Assembly (NCBI RefSeq): GCF_000142905.1 | Contig: NW_013657629.1 | Span: 222,274 to 286,273, forward strand | Length of the DNA stretch: 64,000 nt | Source: Thecamonas trahens ATCC 50062 | Taxonomy: Eukaryota > Protista > Apusomonadida | Reading direction: 5' to 3' | Part shown: positions 53,892 through 64,000 of the stretch, piece after piece | Numbering within the stretch: the first letter of the stretch is position 1 | Layout of the letters: every line of letters begins with the position of its first letter | The notes under the pieces: model-generated | Told to the model about the DNA's origin: nothing | Database searches by the model: none | What the model saw: the letters and a program-made list of their open reading frames with translations, nothing else | Program-made: the position numbers and the translations under genes

Positions 53892-56800
53892 ATGGCAACA
53901 GTCATCCTGGCTGCGATAGCCGTCGTAGGCGGGCGAGGCGCCCACGGGGCAGCAGTGGGCGAGGATAGGGTGCAGGTGGCGGTGAGTGTGAGCCCGTCGC
54001 CGCAGTCGCCCGGGCAGGTGGGCTGGTCCCAGGTAGGTGGGCAGAGCCTTCCTGTGCTAGCCGGCGTGGCCGACTCGATTGCGCTGGTGGCGGTTGCGGG
54101 CAGCGCGGCTGGGACAACCGGCGTGGTTTCGGTGACGTGGCCTGGCGGAAGCCACCCCGTGGCCGAGGCCATTACAGGTGCGGACCCGGGGATGTCGGGA
54201 ACTTTGCTTGCGACCCCATCTGATGTTACTTTTTACTCTCAGTCGGTCGAGCTGCCGGTCTGGGCGAACAACTCGAGCCTGGCCGATGCGGCGCGCGAGA
54301 AGATGACGTCGCTGCTAGCGGACGGGCGTGGTTCGGACATGGGACTTGCGCATCCTGAGCGTGATGCCGGGTGGGCAGTGTCACACATGGTGGGGCTTGC
54401 CAACGCCAGCTCGGCCTTTGTCGTCCTGTCGGACACGTGGCGCAAGGCCAACGAGCCAATGTGGCTCGTTGTCGCGGCGCCGTGCCAAGGCCAAGCTGAG
54501 GCCGCGGAGGTTGTGGTGACCATCGCAGCACGGGAAGCAGGCAGCGGGGCAACCGAGGCGCCCGAAGTGACAACTGTGTCGCTTGAGTTTGAGTGCGCGC
54601 CGGCGTACGTGACGTGCGCAGAGCGCAACGACTGCTTTGCCGGCAGCGGCGGGGGCAAGTGCGTCAGCTCGTCTGTGGTACCGTACGTGATGTGCGAGTG
54701 CGAGGATGGGCGATTTGGCTTTGACTGCTCCGGCGTGTTCCGGCAGCGGATCTCGACAACGCCGCCTCCGCCTCCGCCTGGCGGGATGTTTGTGCCGGGG
54801 GCACTTTCCATTTGTGCAGGGACGCGAATGGAGATTGATGTGGCGCCGCCGTCGAGCCACACGCCGTTTACTGGCGACGTAGTGGCGATCTACGAGGCGA
54901 CGTCACGCGAGGCGGTTGACTTTAAGTTTCTCTCTGACGACCGCTACCTCATTCCAAGCCGGCCTATTATGTCTGCGACGATCTCATTTGACTATGTTGA
55001 CCCGGGCCTGTACCTGGTAGTCTACGTGGGCGTGAGCGCCGGATACGAGCAATTGGCCTCTGTGCTGGTCATGGTTCTTCCTTTTGGCCAGCCGTGCTTC
55101 CCGTCGTGTGACGTGTCGGCAGGCCGCAGTGGATGCTCGAATCACGGAACGTGTGTCGACGCTGGGCCTTATGGTGGGATGTGTATGTGTGAAGAGTCGT
55201 ACTTTGGTGCTCAGTGTGAACTCGGGTGCGGCAGTGTCAACATCTCGGCGTGGGGTGGGGTGCTGGTTGACGGATCTGGGCCGTCGCTGCCGTCGAAACA
55301 AGCGACTTCGTGCCGGTGGCGCGTAAGCTCGACGGAGGCCGAAGCGACAACGATGCGAGTGATGTTCCGGCAGTCGACGGTGGATCCGAACACGCCGCTG
55401 GAGCTGGAGAGTCCGGGCCTGACTTCGCCGATCCAAATTCGCGGCTCTGTGGTACCGGAACCGTTTGACGTGCCGGTGCCGTTTACGATCAAGTACGACA
55501 GCTCGTTCTTTCAGCCGCAGTACGGGTGGGAGCTTGTGTTCTTTACTCGTGGTTGTCCGGCCGGCTCGTTTGTTGACATGGCGCCGACCGCGGCACCAGG
55601 CAACGGCGCGCCGGTGTGCCGGCCATGCGGGCATGGGATGTACTCGCCGGTTGCCGACTCGCTTGAGTGCCTCCCGTGCCCGGCTGGGACGACCGGCGAG
55701 GGACCTGGCATGGCGTCGTGTACAGTGTGTCCACCCGGGCGATACCAGCCATCCTCAGGAGGAACGGCATGCCTCAAGTGCCCGTCGGGAATGAGTGCGT
55801 CCCAGCCGGGGGCGACGACATGCGACCCCTGCGCGGTGGGAACGTTTGCGTCCGGCATTGAGCATGCGACCTGCAATCGGTGCGATGTCTCCGGGTTTGC
55901 ACCGGATGTGGGCGCGACGAAGTGTGTCCCGTGCCCTCTCAACACGGAAGCACCGTTTCTGGGCGCGACGACGGTTGATGATTGCGAGTGTATGGCGGGT
56001 ACGTACCACCCTAACGCCACGGGCGGCGAGCCGTGTCTCATTTGCCCTGACGGGGCGACATGCGCTGGAGGCTTGGCACGGCCGCAGGCCAAGCACGGGT
56101 TCTGGTTCTCGGACGAGCAACCGTTCTCGTTCTACCGATGCGTGGATGCGGCGCACTGCGCTGGCGGCGGGTCCGAGTCGTGCCGTGGGCATCGAACGGG
56201 CTTCCTCTGCTCCGAGTGTCCAGCCGGGATGACAGCATCGGGGCTTGGGTGCACCGAGTGTACGCCGTGGCGAACGTCGATTCTACCGATGGCCTCTGTG
56301 CTCGGCACGGTCGGGATTGCGATGATGTACCGTATGGCCAACCTGAACGACAACGACAACCTCAAGTCGACACTCGGGGTGGGCACTGCGCTCGGACTTT
56401 GGATCCAGTACCTTCAGTTTGCGGTGCTGTTCCGGCGGTTTGCAGTTGCGTGGCCGTCGTCGACGACGTCGCTGCTGGGCACACTCGCGTTTGTTAACCT
56501 CGATATTGAGCAGTTTGCTCTTCCGTGCTCGATGCCGTGGAACTACGGAGCAGTGCTTGCGATACGGCTGGCGTTGCCGCTGATGGTGGGCACGGTGCTC
56601 GTGGGCTGGCATGGCGTCCACCGGCTGCACGCGGTGTGGGTCCGGATTGTGCGCGGATGGGCGCTGCGGCGGCTCCCGAAGCTGGTTTCTCCTGAAGCGC
56701 GTGCACGGTTGCACGAGACGATGTGCAGCGGGCGAAGCGGGGTGGCTGACCGGCTCGTGGCTCGGATCCGGCTGTATGCCGGCGAGCTGCTCATTGAGTA

Positions 56801-58559
56801 CCAGCCGATGAAATGGCGGCGAACGTTCAACGCGTTCATGCTCTTTACGGAAGTTGCGTACATTTTCCTTGTTACGTCGACGTTTGAGCTCTTTGGGTGC
56901 ATGCCGTCGCGAGATGGTGTGGACGTGCTTGTGGCGCACGCATCGATTGAGTGCTACACGCAGGCGTGGTATGAGCTTCTTCCACTTGCGGTGATGGGCA
57001 TACTGCTGTATGTCATTTTGCTGCCTGCGGTGTATGCGTATGGAGTGTGGCGAGTGCAAGCTACCGAGGCGGCGATGTCCGACGACCACTATGCGGCCTG
57101 GACTGCGTTCTCGTCGCTTGTGTTCAAGTTCCGGCGTTCACGGCGGTGGTGGATCTTTGTCGGCATGGTGCGGAAGCTCGCGATTTCTGTGGCGATTGCT
57201 TCGTTCCCGGCCGAGCCATTGGTGCAGGCGGTGTGCTCGCTGGGAGTGCTTGTGGCCAGTCTTGTGGCGCAGCTGCAGCAGCGGCCATACCGGCTGCGGC
57301 AGCACAACCAGGTGGAATGGGTGCTGACCTCGCTCAACGTCGCGCTTATCATGTGCGGAATCATGTTCTTCATTGACCGTTGGTCAGCAGAGACGTCGCA
57401 GGCGACGACTGTGGTGACGATTGCGCTGCTTGCGGCTTCTGCGCTGTACATTGGATATGTGGTGTACGTGGAGCTGAGCAGAGCGGCGACGGCGCGGCCG
57501 GTCGACCGCGACGCAACGACACGGGAGCTTTTCGCACGGCGGCACATTCCGCTGACGGCGGACTTGGAGGCGATGCTCGAGCGGCTCAATGTGACGTCAA
57601 CGTTTTTGTTCCGGTATTTGGCGATTGCGTCTGACGACGACTTGTTGGAGGCGGCGCGGGTGGCATCGTCACTGCACCTTGGGCTCCAGCAGTCGGTGTC
57701 ACTCAACTCGATGGGCCTTGTCAAGTGGTCGTCTGACTACCGCATCGGAAGCGGAGCCATCTCGTCGCGGTCATCGGCGTCGCGCAACTCGGCCCCTGCA
57801 GCATACGCGTCGCTGCCGGTCCTGGGTACGTCGCGTAACTCCGTTGCGCCGGAGCAAAGCCTTGGGTCTGCTGCGTCGGCGGCTGCACGACGGGCAGCGC
57901 GGGCGAATGACTCGTGGTCGTCGACGTCGTTGGCGCACTCGCAGTCGCAGCAACAGATCCCTGCAGCATTAACGGGCGAGCTGCTCACAGCCAACGTCCC
58001 GTCGCTGCTCTCGCAGCACTGGCACGGACCGAGCGGCATTGAGTTGCATTCGGCGGAAGGCGGAGTGCCGCGGAACGTGTCGACGTTTGTGACGCCAGCA
58101 ACATCGCCGTCGTGCACCTCGTCGTCCCTGAATGTTGTTGTGCCGGACGGCAAGACAGGCGGGCTCATCGATGAGGAGATTCTCGCTGAGACAGCGGACA
58201 TGGACGATGAGCTCGGGGCCTTCATTGCCGGCCTGACACGCAACGTGTCAACAATGACGCCGGCGTCGACATCGCGAACTGGGATGGGCTCGCCAAAGTC
58301 TCTGGCGTCAACACCGACGGCGCGGGCAGCAAGTCGGCTCACTCATGATCCGAGCAAGCAACAAGCTGAGGCTACTCGCAGCGCTTTCGCACCGGCGACA
58401 ACAACGGCGGCATCGTCTCTGCTTGCTGGGGACGCGTCGCCGTCTTCGCATGGGCTGTCAGGCGTGGAGTTGCGCAGCCAGAGCGAGACGGTGTTGAGGT
58501 CGAAGGGCAGCATGCACAGTGGCGGCAGCAGCAGCAGCAGTAGCCTGGGCGACGTGTAA
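53892..58559 (+). CDS. Receptor-like membrane protein: EGF, CUB-like and Cys-rich (GCC2/GCC3, ephrin-receptor-like) repeats + multi-TM domain
   Basis: Signal-like MATVILAAIAVV, CECEDGRFGFDCS, CSNHGTC..CEESYFGAQC, repeated CxxCPxG, CRGHRTGFLCSEC, 7 or more hydrophobic helices with the RWWIFVGMVRKL...RPY motif. Start could be ATG53771. Confidence 0.8.
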   Translation: MATVILAAIAVVGGRGAHGAAVGEDRVQVAVSVSPSPQSPGQVGWSQVGGQSLPVLAGVADSIALVAVAGSAAGTTGVVSVTWPGGSHPVAEAITGADPGMSGTLLATPSDVTFYSQSVELPVWANNSSLADAAREKMTSLLADGRGSDMGLAHPERDAGWAVSHMVGLANASSAFVVLSDTWRKANEPMWLVVAAPCQGQAEAAEVVVTIAAREAGSGATEAPEVTTVSLEFECAPAYVTCAERNDCFAGSGGGKCVSSSVVPYVMCECEDGRFGFDCSGVFRQRISTTPPPPPPGGMFVPGALSICAGTRMEIDVAPPSSHTPFTGDVVAIYEATSREAVDFKFLSDDRYLIPSRPIMSATISFDYVDPGLYLVVYVGVSAGYEQLASVLVMVLPFGQPCFPSCDVSAGRSGCSNHGTCVDAGPYGGMCMCEESYFGAQCELGCGSVNISAWGGVLVDGSGPSLPSKQATSCRWRVSSTEAEATTMRVMFRQSTVDPNTPLELESPGLTSPIQIRGSVVPEPFDVPVPFTIKYDSSFFQPQYGWELVFFTRGCPAGSFVDMAPTAAPGNGAPVCRPCGHGMYSPVADSLECLPCPAGTTGEGPGMASCTVCPPGRYQPSSGGTACLKCPSGMSASQPGATTCDPCAVGTFASGIEHATCNRCDVSGFAPDVGATKCVPCPLNTEAPFLGATTVDDCECMAGTYHPNATGGEPCLICPDGATCAGGLARPQAKHGFWFSDEQPFSFYRCVDAAHCAGGGSESCRGHRTGFLCSECPAGMTASGLGCTECTPWRTSILPMASVLGTVGIAMMYRMANLNDNDNLKSTLGVGTALGLWIQYLQFAVLFRRFAVAWPSSTTSLLGTLAFVNLDIEQFALPCSMPWNYGAVLAIRLALPLMVGTVLVGWHGVHRLHAVWVRIVRGWALRRLPKLVSPEARARLHETMCSGRSGVADRLVARIRLYAGELLIEYQPMKWRRTFNAFMLFTEVAYIFLVTSTFELFGCMPSRDGVDVLVAHASIECYTQAWYELLPLAVMGILLYVILLPAVYAYGVWRVQATEAAMSDDHYAAWTAFSSLVFKFRRSRRWWIFVGMVRKLAISVAIASFPAEPLVQAVCSLGVLVASLVAQLQQRPYRLRQHNQVEWVLTSLNVALIMCGIMFFIDRWSAETSQATTVVTIALLAASALYIGYVVYVELSRAATARPVDRDATTRELFARRHIPLTADLEAMLERLNVTSTFLFRYLAIASDDDLLEAARVASSLHLGLQQSVSLNSMGLVKWSSDYRIGSGAISSRSSASRNSAPAAYASLPVLGTSRNSVAPEQSLGSAASAAARRAARANDSWSSTSLAHSQSQQQIPAALTGELLTANVPSLLSQHWHGPSGIELHSAEGGVPRNVSTFVTPATSPSCTSSSLNVVVPDGKTGGLIDEEILAETADMDDELGAFIAGLTRNVSTMTPASTSRTGMGSPKSLASTPTARAASRLTHDPSKQQAEATRSAFAPATTTAASSLLAGDASPSSHGLSGVELRSQSETVLRSKGSMHSGGSSSSSSLGDV

Positions 58560-58592
58560 GCAGAACAAGTTTTGGATTTAGCAGAGTTGAAC

Positions 58593-60463
58593 TCAAAGAG
58601 CAAAAACGGCCGGGTGGTTGGCAATCCAAACGGTGAGAATGCGTGTAGCTGTGGCGTGTGGGACCGATCGGAAGAGAGTTGGCGCAAAGACAAGCGACAT
58701 GTTGGAGAGCTTCATCTTGTTGATTTTGGCGTTGGCAACAATGAGTGTGAAGAGGCGGACAAGCTTCGCGAGCGTGGCGGTGCGGGCTGGCGAGAGAAGC
58801 TGCATCAGATGGGCGTGGGCGGCGACGCATGTCTGGTCGTCGTCAATAGCGGCGGCGGACGAGAGAGCGGGAAGGAGCGAGCGCGGGAAGACGTCGGACG
58901 CGAGGTTCTTAAAGTGATACTTGAGGAGACCAGCGACAAGGTGTTCGTCACGGATATTACGGGCAGCGATGAGGCCCGACTGACCCGCAGCGTAAGCTGC
59001 GTGCAGTTCCTTGACACGGTTGAGCGAGGCCGGAATTCGGAATAGGCCCTTCTCACGGGTCCCGTGCTCGATGAGCCAGTCGAGGCACTCGGTGACAAGC
59101 GGTGGCTCAAAGTAGTTGTCGTCCGGTGGGGCCGAGTAGATGGTGGAGAAGAACGGGTGGTCCAAGTTTGGCCCAGCAGGCTGAGACGCAACCGGAGGGG
59201 GAGGTGCCGGGGCGCGCGAGGAAAGATCCCGGTACCCAGAGGCGTAGGCCGCGATGTCCGCATCCGAGCCCGAGGAGTCGTCCCAAGAGTTTGGCTCCGA
59301 GCCGTTTGCATACGCAGCAAGGTCCACATCACCCGACGACGAGGACGAGTCGTCTGAGTCTAACTGCGGCAGGTTGGGAAGCGACTGAGAGGCTTCGGCA
59401 CGATCCCAGCAAGTAACATCGCTACGCGGCGGGCGGGTAGGAGGGGGGCGGGCGGACGTGCGTGCGGCTTGGCAATGAACGGCGGTGCTCGTGACGGTGG
59501 CGGAGGAGGGGACGGTGATGCTGAAGAGCTGCTGGAGCGGTGACCTAGACCCCTGTGAAGTGTGGACGAGGCTTCCGACTGCGAGCGACGGAGCGTGCCT
59601 TGGCGCTCGCCAACTACATCGGAAAGGCGGCGACGAGGGCGAGTTGACGGCGGCGGCGGCTTGGGTGCAGCACGGGCAGGGCGCGATTTTGGAGGCGAAA
59701 GTGGTGCGGGTGGCGAAGAGTTAAGCGAGGAAATGGCCGGAGAGGAAGAATTGAGCCTCGCCAGGTGGACCGAGAGCTTTCGCCGAGAGGACTTGGCTGG
59801 GGCAGGCGGCGGAGCGGCGGCGCGGCGGTCGGCGATGGAGCGCGGCGGCGGTGCAGCGGCAGCACGGGCTTTGGTAGGGTCGGGGAGCGTAAAGCCGGAT
59901 GACTTGGAGCGCGAGTGGGAATCCGTCAGCGCGCGGCGCTTCCAAGGCGCAGTACGAGCAGAGTCAGGAGCCGGCGAATCGCCCGGCGACGGCGGGAGCG
60001 AAGACAGGGTTGAAGCAGCCGATGCGAGAGGGGGTGGGAGACCAAACAGGTCGGCAACAGCGCAGTTAATAGCGTGCGCATAGGGCTGCTCGCCATGTGC
60101 GGCATGGTCATCCCAGGCTTTTGCCTCTGCGGCGGTAGCGGTGGCGTCGTCGGCGCCGGCGTCGGCGAGGAGACGAAGCGAGGCGGTGCGGGCGTCCATG
60201 GCAGCAGGCGAGTTGTGCCAGGTCCGGGCCTGCAGCTTCTTAAGCAGGGTTGCGGTGCGCGACTCATAGTCGACGAGCGAGTCAGAAGTGTCGACCATGG
60301 CGGCCTCAAGCGAGGCTGCACGTGCGCTAAGGCCGTCGGCGGCGTCGGCGTCGGCGTCACCACCGGCAGGTGGCACTGCGGCGGCAAGCAGGCCGGCAAT
60401 GACCGACACAATCCGCTCGCGCTTAGCAGGCTCAAGAGAGGCCAGCCACGCAGGTTCCGACAT
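58593..60463 (-). CDS. RhoGAP with N-terminal KIX-like domain(s) and Pro-rich linker; frameshift at ~59443-59448
   Basis: PPLVTECLDWL, GLFRIPAS (Arg finger), VAGLLKYHFKNL, NKMKLSNMSLVFAPTLF. Adding one C joins ORF 59360..60469 to 58593..59327 with no stop. Confidence 0.8.
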
Positions 60464-63414
60464 GCGCACAGCGAGGGGGAGAGGTCTGTAGGCAGGTTGC
60501 GGGGGAGGGGGGGTGACTAGTCAACGAAGGCAGAGAGACAAGCGCAAAAATATGGCGGCGTCAGACAAGCAGAGGCGCAGGTGGCGTTGTCAGCACCTCA
60601 CTATGCTGTACGGCTGTTGTCGGAATGGACGAAGTGGATGTGACAGAGTGAACGATAGTGTATGTGGCTGTTGCAGCGTGGTTTTGATGTTGGGCTTCCT
60701 AGTAAAGGGGGTGGGGGTGGCCTGTTCGCTCGCTCGCTTGGGGGGCCGGCGGGGGCTATGATGGGCAAGGCCGGAGGAGGGAGGGGAGGAGTGGGTTGGA
60801 GGGCAGACTGGTAGTCATTGCCATTGATGTAGCTATCTCTATGCATCGTCTCCAATGCCCTGTGCATGGCTAGCTTGCTCTCGGTGGTGCCGGCGGTGGT
60901 CGGTCGGCGGCGGGCGGCGGTCGGCGGCGAGGAGCAGGCGGTCAGCAGCGGTGCTGTTGACGGGATGGCGTCGGCTGATGTGCGTATCGGCGAACAGGGA
61001 GTGGGTGGATATAATTGCGGGGATAGTGGGTACGTGTGGTGTGGATGTGGTGATTGTGGGTGGAGATGGTGGGGAGTGGGGGTCGGATATGGGCCCGCGG
61101 CAGGGGGGTCAGCACCTTCGAAGGGACACAGGGCCAACAAGTTGGGCCTCCGGTGGCAGAACTCGGATTCTGGAATACTGCAGCTGTGGATTGGAGACTG
61201 TGCAAGGGGGTAGTATGTGTATATAATAGGGTAGAAGTGAAACCAGATTGGCCATACCTTGCAATGAGGTTGGTGGGGGGCATGCGCGGGTCGGGCGGTC
61301 GAGGGCGTGCTCAACCACCTAGGCAAAACCAGCCGACGCGGAAATGAGCCGAGGACGATGGGTGTCGCTGACAGCGATATTTGTACTGGTGATAGTGCAC
61401 GGTGAGTGATGAACTTGGGTGTGGTCGCGGGTTGGGTAGCTGGTAGTGGGAACGAGCTAGGCGGTGATGAGGGTCGGCTGTTCGGGCGAGCGGGCGGTGG
61501 CTGAAGGCTGGTGGTCGGCGAGGCGGGGGCAGCAGAGGGGGCGGGGTCGGGGCTGGGTGGCTCGAGATCGCTGTTGGTTAAACGATGCGCAGTCTGGCTT
61601 GTGATGGTTGAGGGGTATGGGTGTCAGGGTCGGGGATGAGGATGGAGGTGACGTAGAGTGGGGAGAGGAGGCGGAGGAGGAGGAAGAGGAAGCGGAGTGC
61701 GCGATGGGATGGCGGTGAGGATGGCCAAGGCAAGGTGGTGGTGGTTGTGGCTAGGATGATAGTGACGGTGGTGGGGTAGGGGGTGGGGGTGGTCGTTTGT
61801 GGTGACGGGTGGTAATGAGTATGGTAGGGGGGGATGAGGGGGTCGTGACGTGGGGTCGTGACGGGCGAAATGGTAGTAGGTATGGCGATTCAGCTTGAGG
61901 ATTGATGTGGGTGAGTATGATACGGCTGATGGGTGTGTGTGGGGTGTGGTTGATGAGGGTGGAGGGGCTTGGGCGGCAGAGGGAAGGCGGCGGACGTAAA
62001 TTCAGTTGAACATTGAATTAATTGAAGAAAAGCCGGAACCAGCATCAAACGAGGCAATGACGTCCACAAAAACAACCAAAGATCATACATGGCTTGCACA
62101 GCACATGTATGAGTAAGCCAACAGGGACTGGACAAAGCCAGCAGGCAATGCGATCGACTCGGGTGACGTTCAGGTCGATGAGGCAGGGCGCGGTTGATCG
62201 ATCGATCAGCAGATCAACCAAGACCACGACACAACAGGGTCAACACAAAATACATTGCATGCACAACTATTGACCATGGCCAACGACAACAAAGTTGAGA
62301 ATCGATGGTGTACTGAGCAACGGTCGATCATGGATGTGGAAGTCAAGGTCGACGAAAACAGGGGAGTCAAGAACAAATGAAGCATGACGAATAATGTTAC
62401 AAAGCAACAACAAGAGCAAAGGCAATGATCAATGAGGATGCATGTCGATTGTGGTCAAGCATCAAAGCAAAAGCAACCTGAGCAGAACATGAAGGCAGAC
62501 AATAGCAACCTCAAAGCATATGAAACCATGAACGGCAACGAACANNNNNNNNNNNNNNNNNNNNNNNNNNNNNNNNNNNNNNNNNNNNNNNNNNNNNNNN
62601 NNNNNNNNNNNNNNNNNNNNNNNNNNNNNNNNNNNNNNNNNNNNNNNNNNNNNNNNNNNNNNNNNNNNNNNNNNNNNNNNNNNNNNNNNNNNNNNNNNNN
62701 NNNNNNNNNNNNNNNNNNNNNNNNNNNNNNNNNNNNNNNNNNNNNNNNNNNNNNNNNNNNNNNNNNNNNNNNNNNNNNNNNNNNNNNNNNNNNNNNNNNN
62801 NNNNNNNNNNNNNNNNNNNNNNNNNNNNNNNNNNNNNNNNNNNNNNNNNNNNNNNNNNNNNNNNNNNNNNNNNNNNNNNNNNNNNNNNNNNNNNNNNNNN
62901 NNNNNNNNNNNNNNNNNNNNNNNNNNNNNNNNNNNNNNNNNNNNNNNNNNNNNNNNNNNNNNNNNNNNNNNNNNNNNNNNNNNNNNNNNNNNNNNNNNNN
63001 NNNNNNNNNNNNNNNNNNNNNNNNNNNNNNNNNNNNNNNNNNNNNNNNNNNNNNNNNNNNNNNNNNNNNNNNNNNNNNNNNNNNNNNNNNNNNNNNNNNN
63101 NNNNNNNNNNNNNNNNNNNNNNNNNNNNNNNNNNNNNNNNNNNNNNNNNNNNNNNNNNNNNNNNNNNNNNNNNNNNNNNNNNNNNNNNNNNNNNNNNNNN
63201 NNNNNNNNNNNNNNNNNNNNNNNNNNNNNNNNNNNNNNNNNNNNNNNNNNNNNNNNNNNNNNNNNNNNNNNNNNNNNNNNNNNNNNNNNNNNNNNNNNNN
63301 NNNNNGGGGGTGGCAAGGAGGCAGTGAGTGGCAAGTGGAATGAGTGGTGGTCGGTGGGGAGGAATGAGAGAAGAGAGAATAGGGTTGATGAGGAGGCTTG
63401 AATGAAGACATCAG

Positions 63415-63451
63415 CTAGGGTTAGGTTTAGGGTTTAGGGTTAGGGGTTAGG
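63415..63451 (+). repeat. Degenerate internal telomere-like repeats
   Basis: CTAGGG TTAGGT TTAGGG TTTAGGG TTAGGGG TTAGG. Confidence 0.85.
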
Positions 63452-63976
63452 ATGCAGCTTGGGGCTAGAATAACAAAGGGGTGAGGCTTTAGGGCGCGGG
63501 GGGGGTCGGTGGTTCTGGCGGAGGGTGAGGCTTAAGAGACTTCAGAGGAGCTTAATGCCCTGAGTTTCCCGAGGGCTTCAGAAAAATATGAAAAGGCTGA
63601 GGCCTCAAGGCCTGACCCGGCAGAGCTAATGCCTCAAATGAGCCAATTAGTTCTCAACATGGGAGCTAAAGCCTCGAAGAGCGGCATTAGCTCCGAGGTC
63701 TGGGAGGCATAGGGTTAATGCCGGGCTTCATGTCTGAGGCCAGAACTAAAGCCTTAAAGCCTGAGAACTGAAGAACTTGGAGACATAAAACCCTATGCCC
63801 GGGCATTATGCCGATTTTTGCACTCGTCGGTATCTTGAGGCTTCAGGCATTATCCCTAGCTCTATGCCTGAAGCCTGGGGTTGATGCCTGCATTCGTCGC
63901 TGAAGCCTGAGTTCTAGGCATGGCAGCCATGGGTGCTCAGGCATGAACCCGATCCTCAGGCCTCAAGCGTCAGAGG

Positions 63977-64000
63977 TTAGGGTTAGGGTTAGGGTTAGGG
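63977..64000 (+). repeat. Telomeric (TTAGGG)4 at the window end
   Basis: Four perfect units, with the G-rich strand running 5'->3' toward the end. Confidence 0.9.

Noticed and set aside
892-59448. Frameshifted genes as pseudogenes
   Set aside because: They include normally essential genes such as PDS5, with intact motifs and no nonsense codons over kilobases.
60601-61900. Protein-coding gene or telomeric retrotransposon in the subtelomere
   Set aside because: Low-complexity G-rich sequence; no RT, endonuclease or gag motifs recognised.

Overview
Gene-dense, GC-rich, intron-poor eukaryotic window ending in TTAGGG telomere repeats, so it is probably a chromosome or scaffold end. Ciliary genes (RPGRIP1L, ARMC4/ODAD2, centrin), GT-AG introns and codon style point to a flagellated protist of the opisthokont/apusomonad neighbourhood. 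It resembles Thecamonas, but that is inference only. About 18 protein genes: RPGRIP1L, TMEM222, F-BAR protein, CAF16-type ABC ATPase, mS38/AURKAIP1-like, PLP-enzyme-like protein, DEPDC5/IML1, small membrane protein, ARMC4, eRF3, PDS5, MER3/HFM1, DCN1-like, centrin, tandem-TPM protein, a ~5,000-aa bacterial-adhesin-like surface protein, an EGF/CUB/Cys-rich multi-TM receptor and a KIX-RhoGAP fusion. Ten reading-frame breaks in seven genes all fall in short homopolymers. Nine need exactly one extra base. Pyrosequencing-type undercalls are the most likely cause, but recoding cannot be excluded from DNA alone. Other notable items: two tandem HTH-like repeats on DEPDC5, an 11x36-bp tandem array, touching or overlapping convergent genes, and a palindrome-rich subtelomeric block. 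All protein assignments are from recalled motifs; no searches were run.
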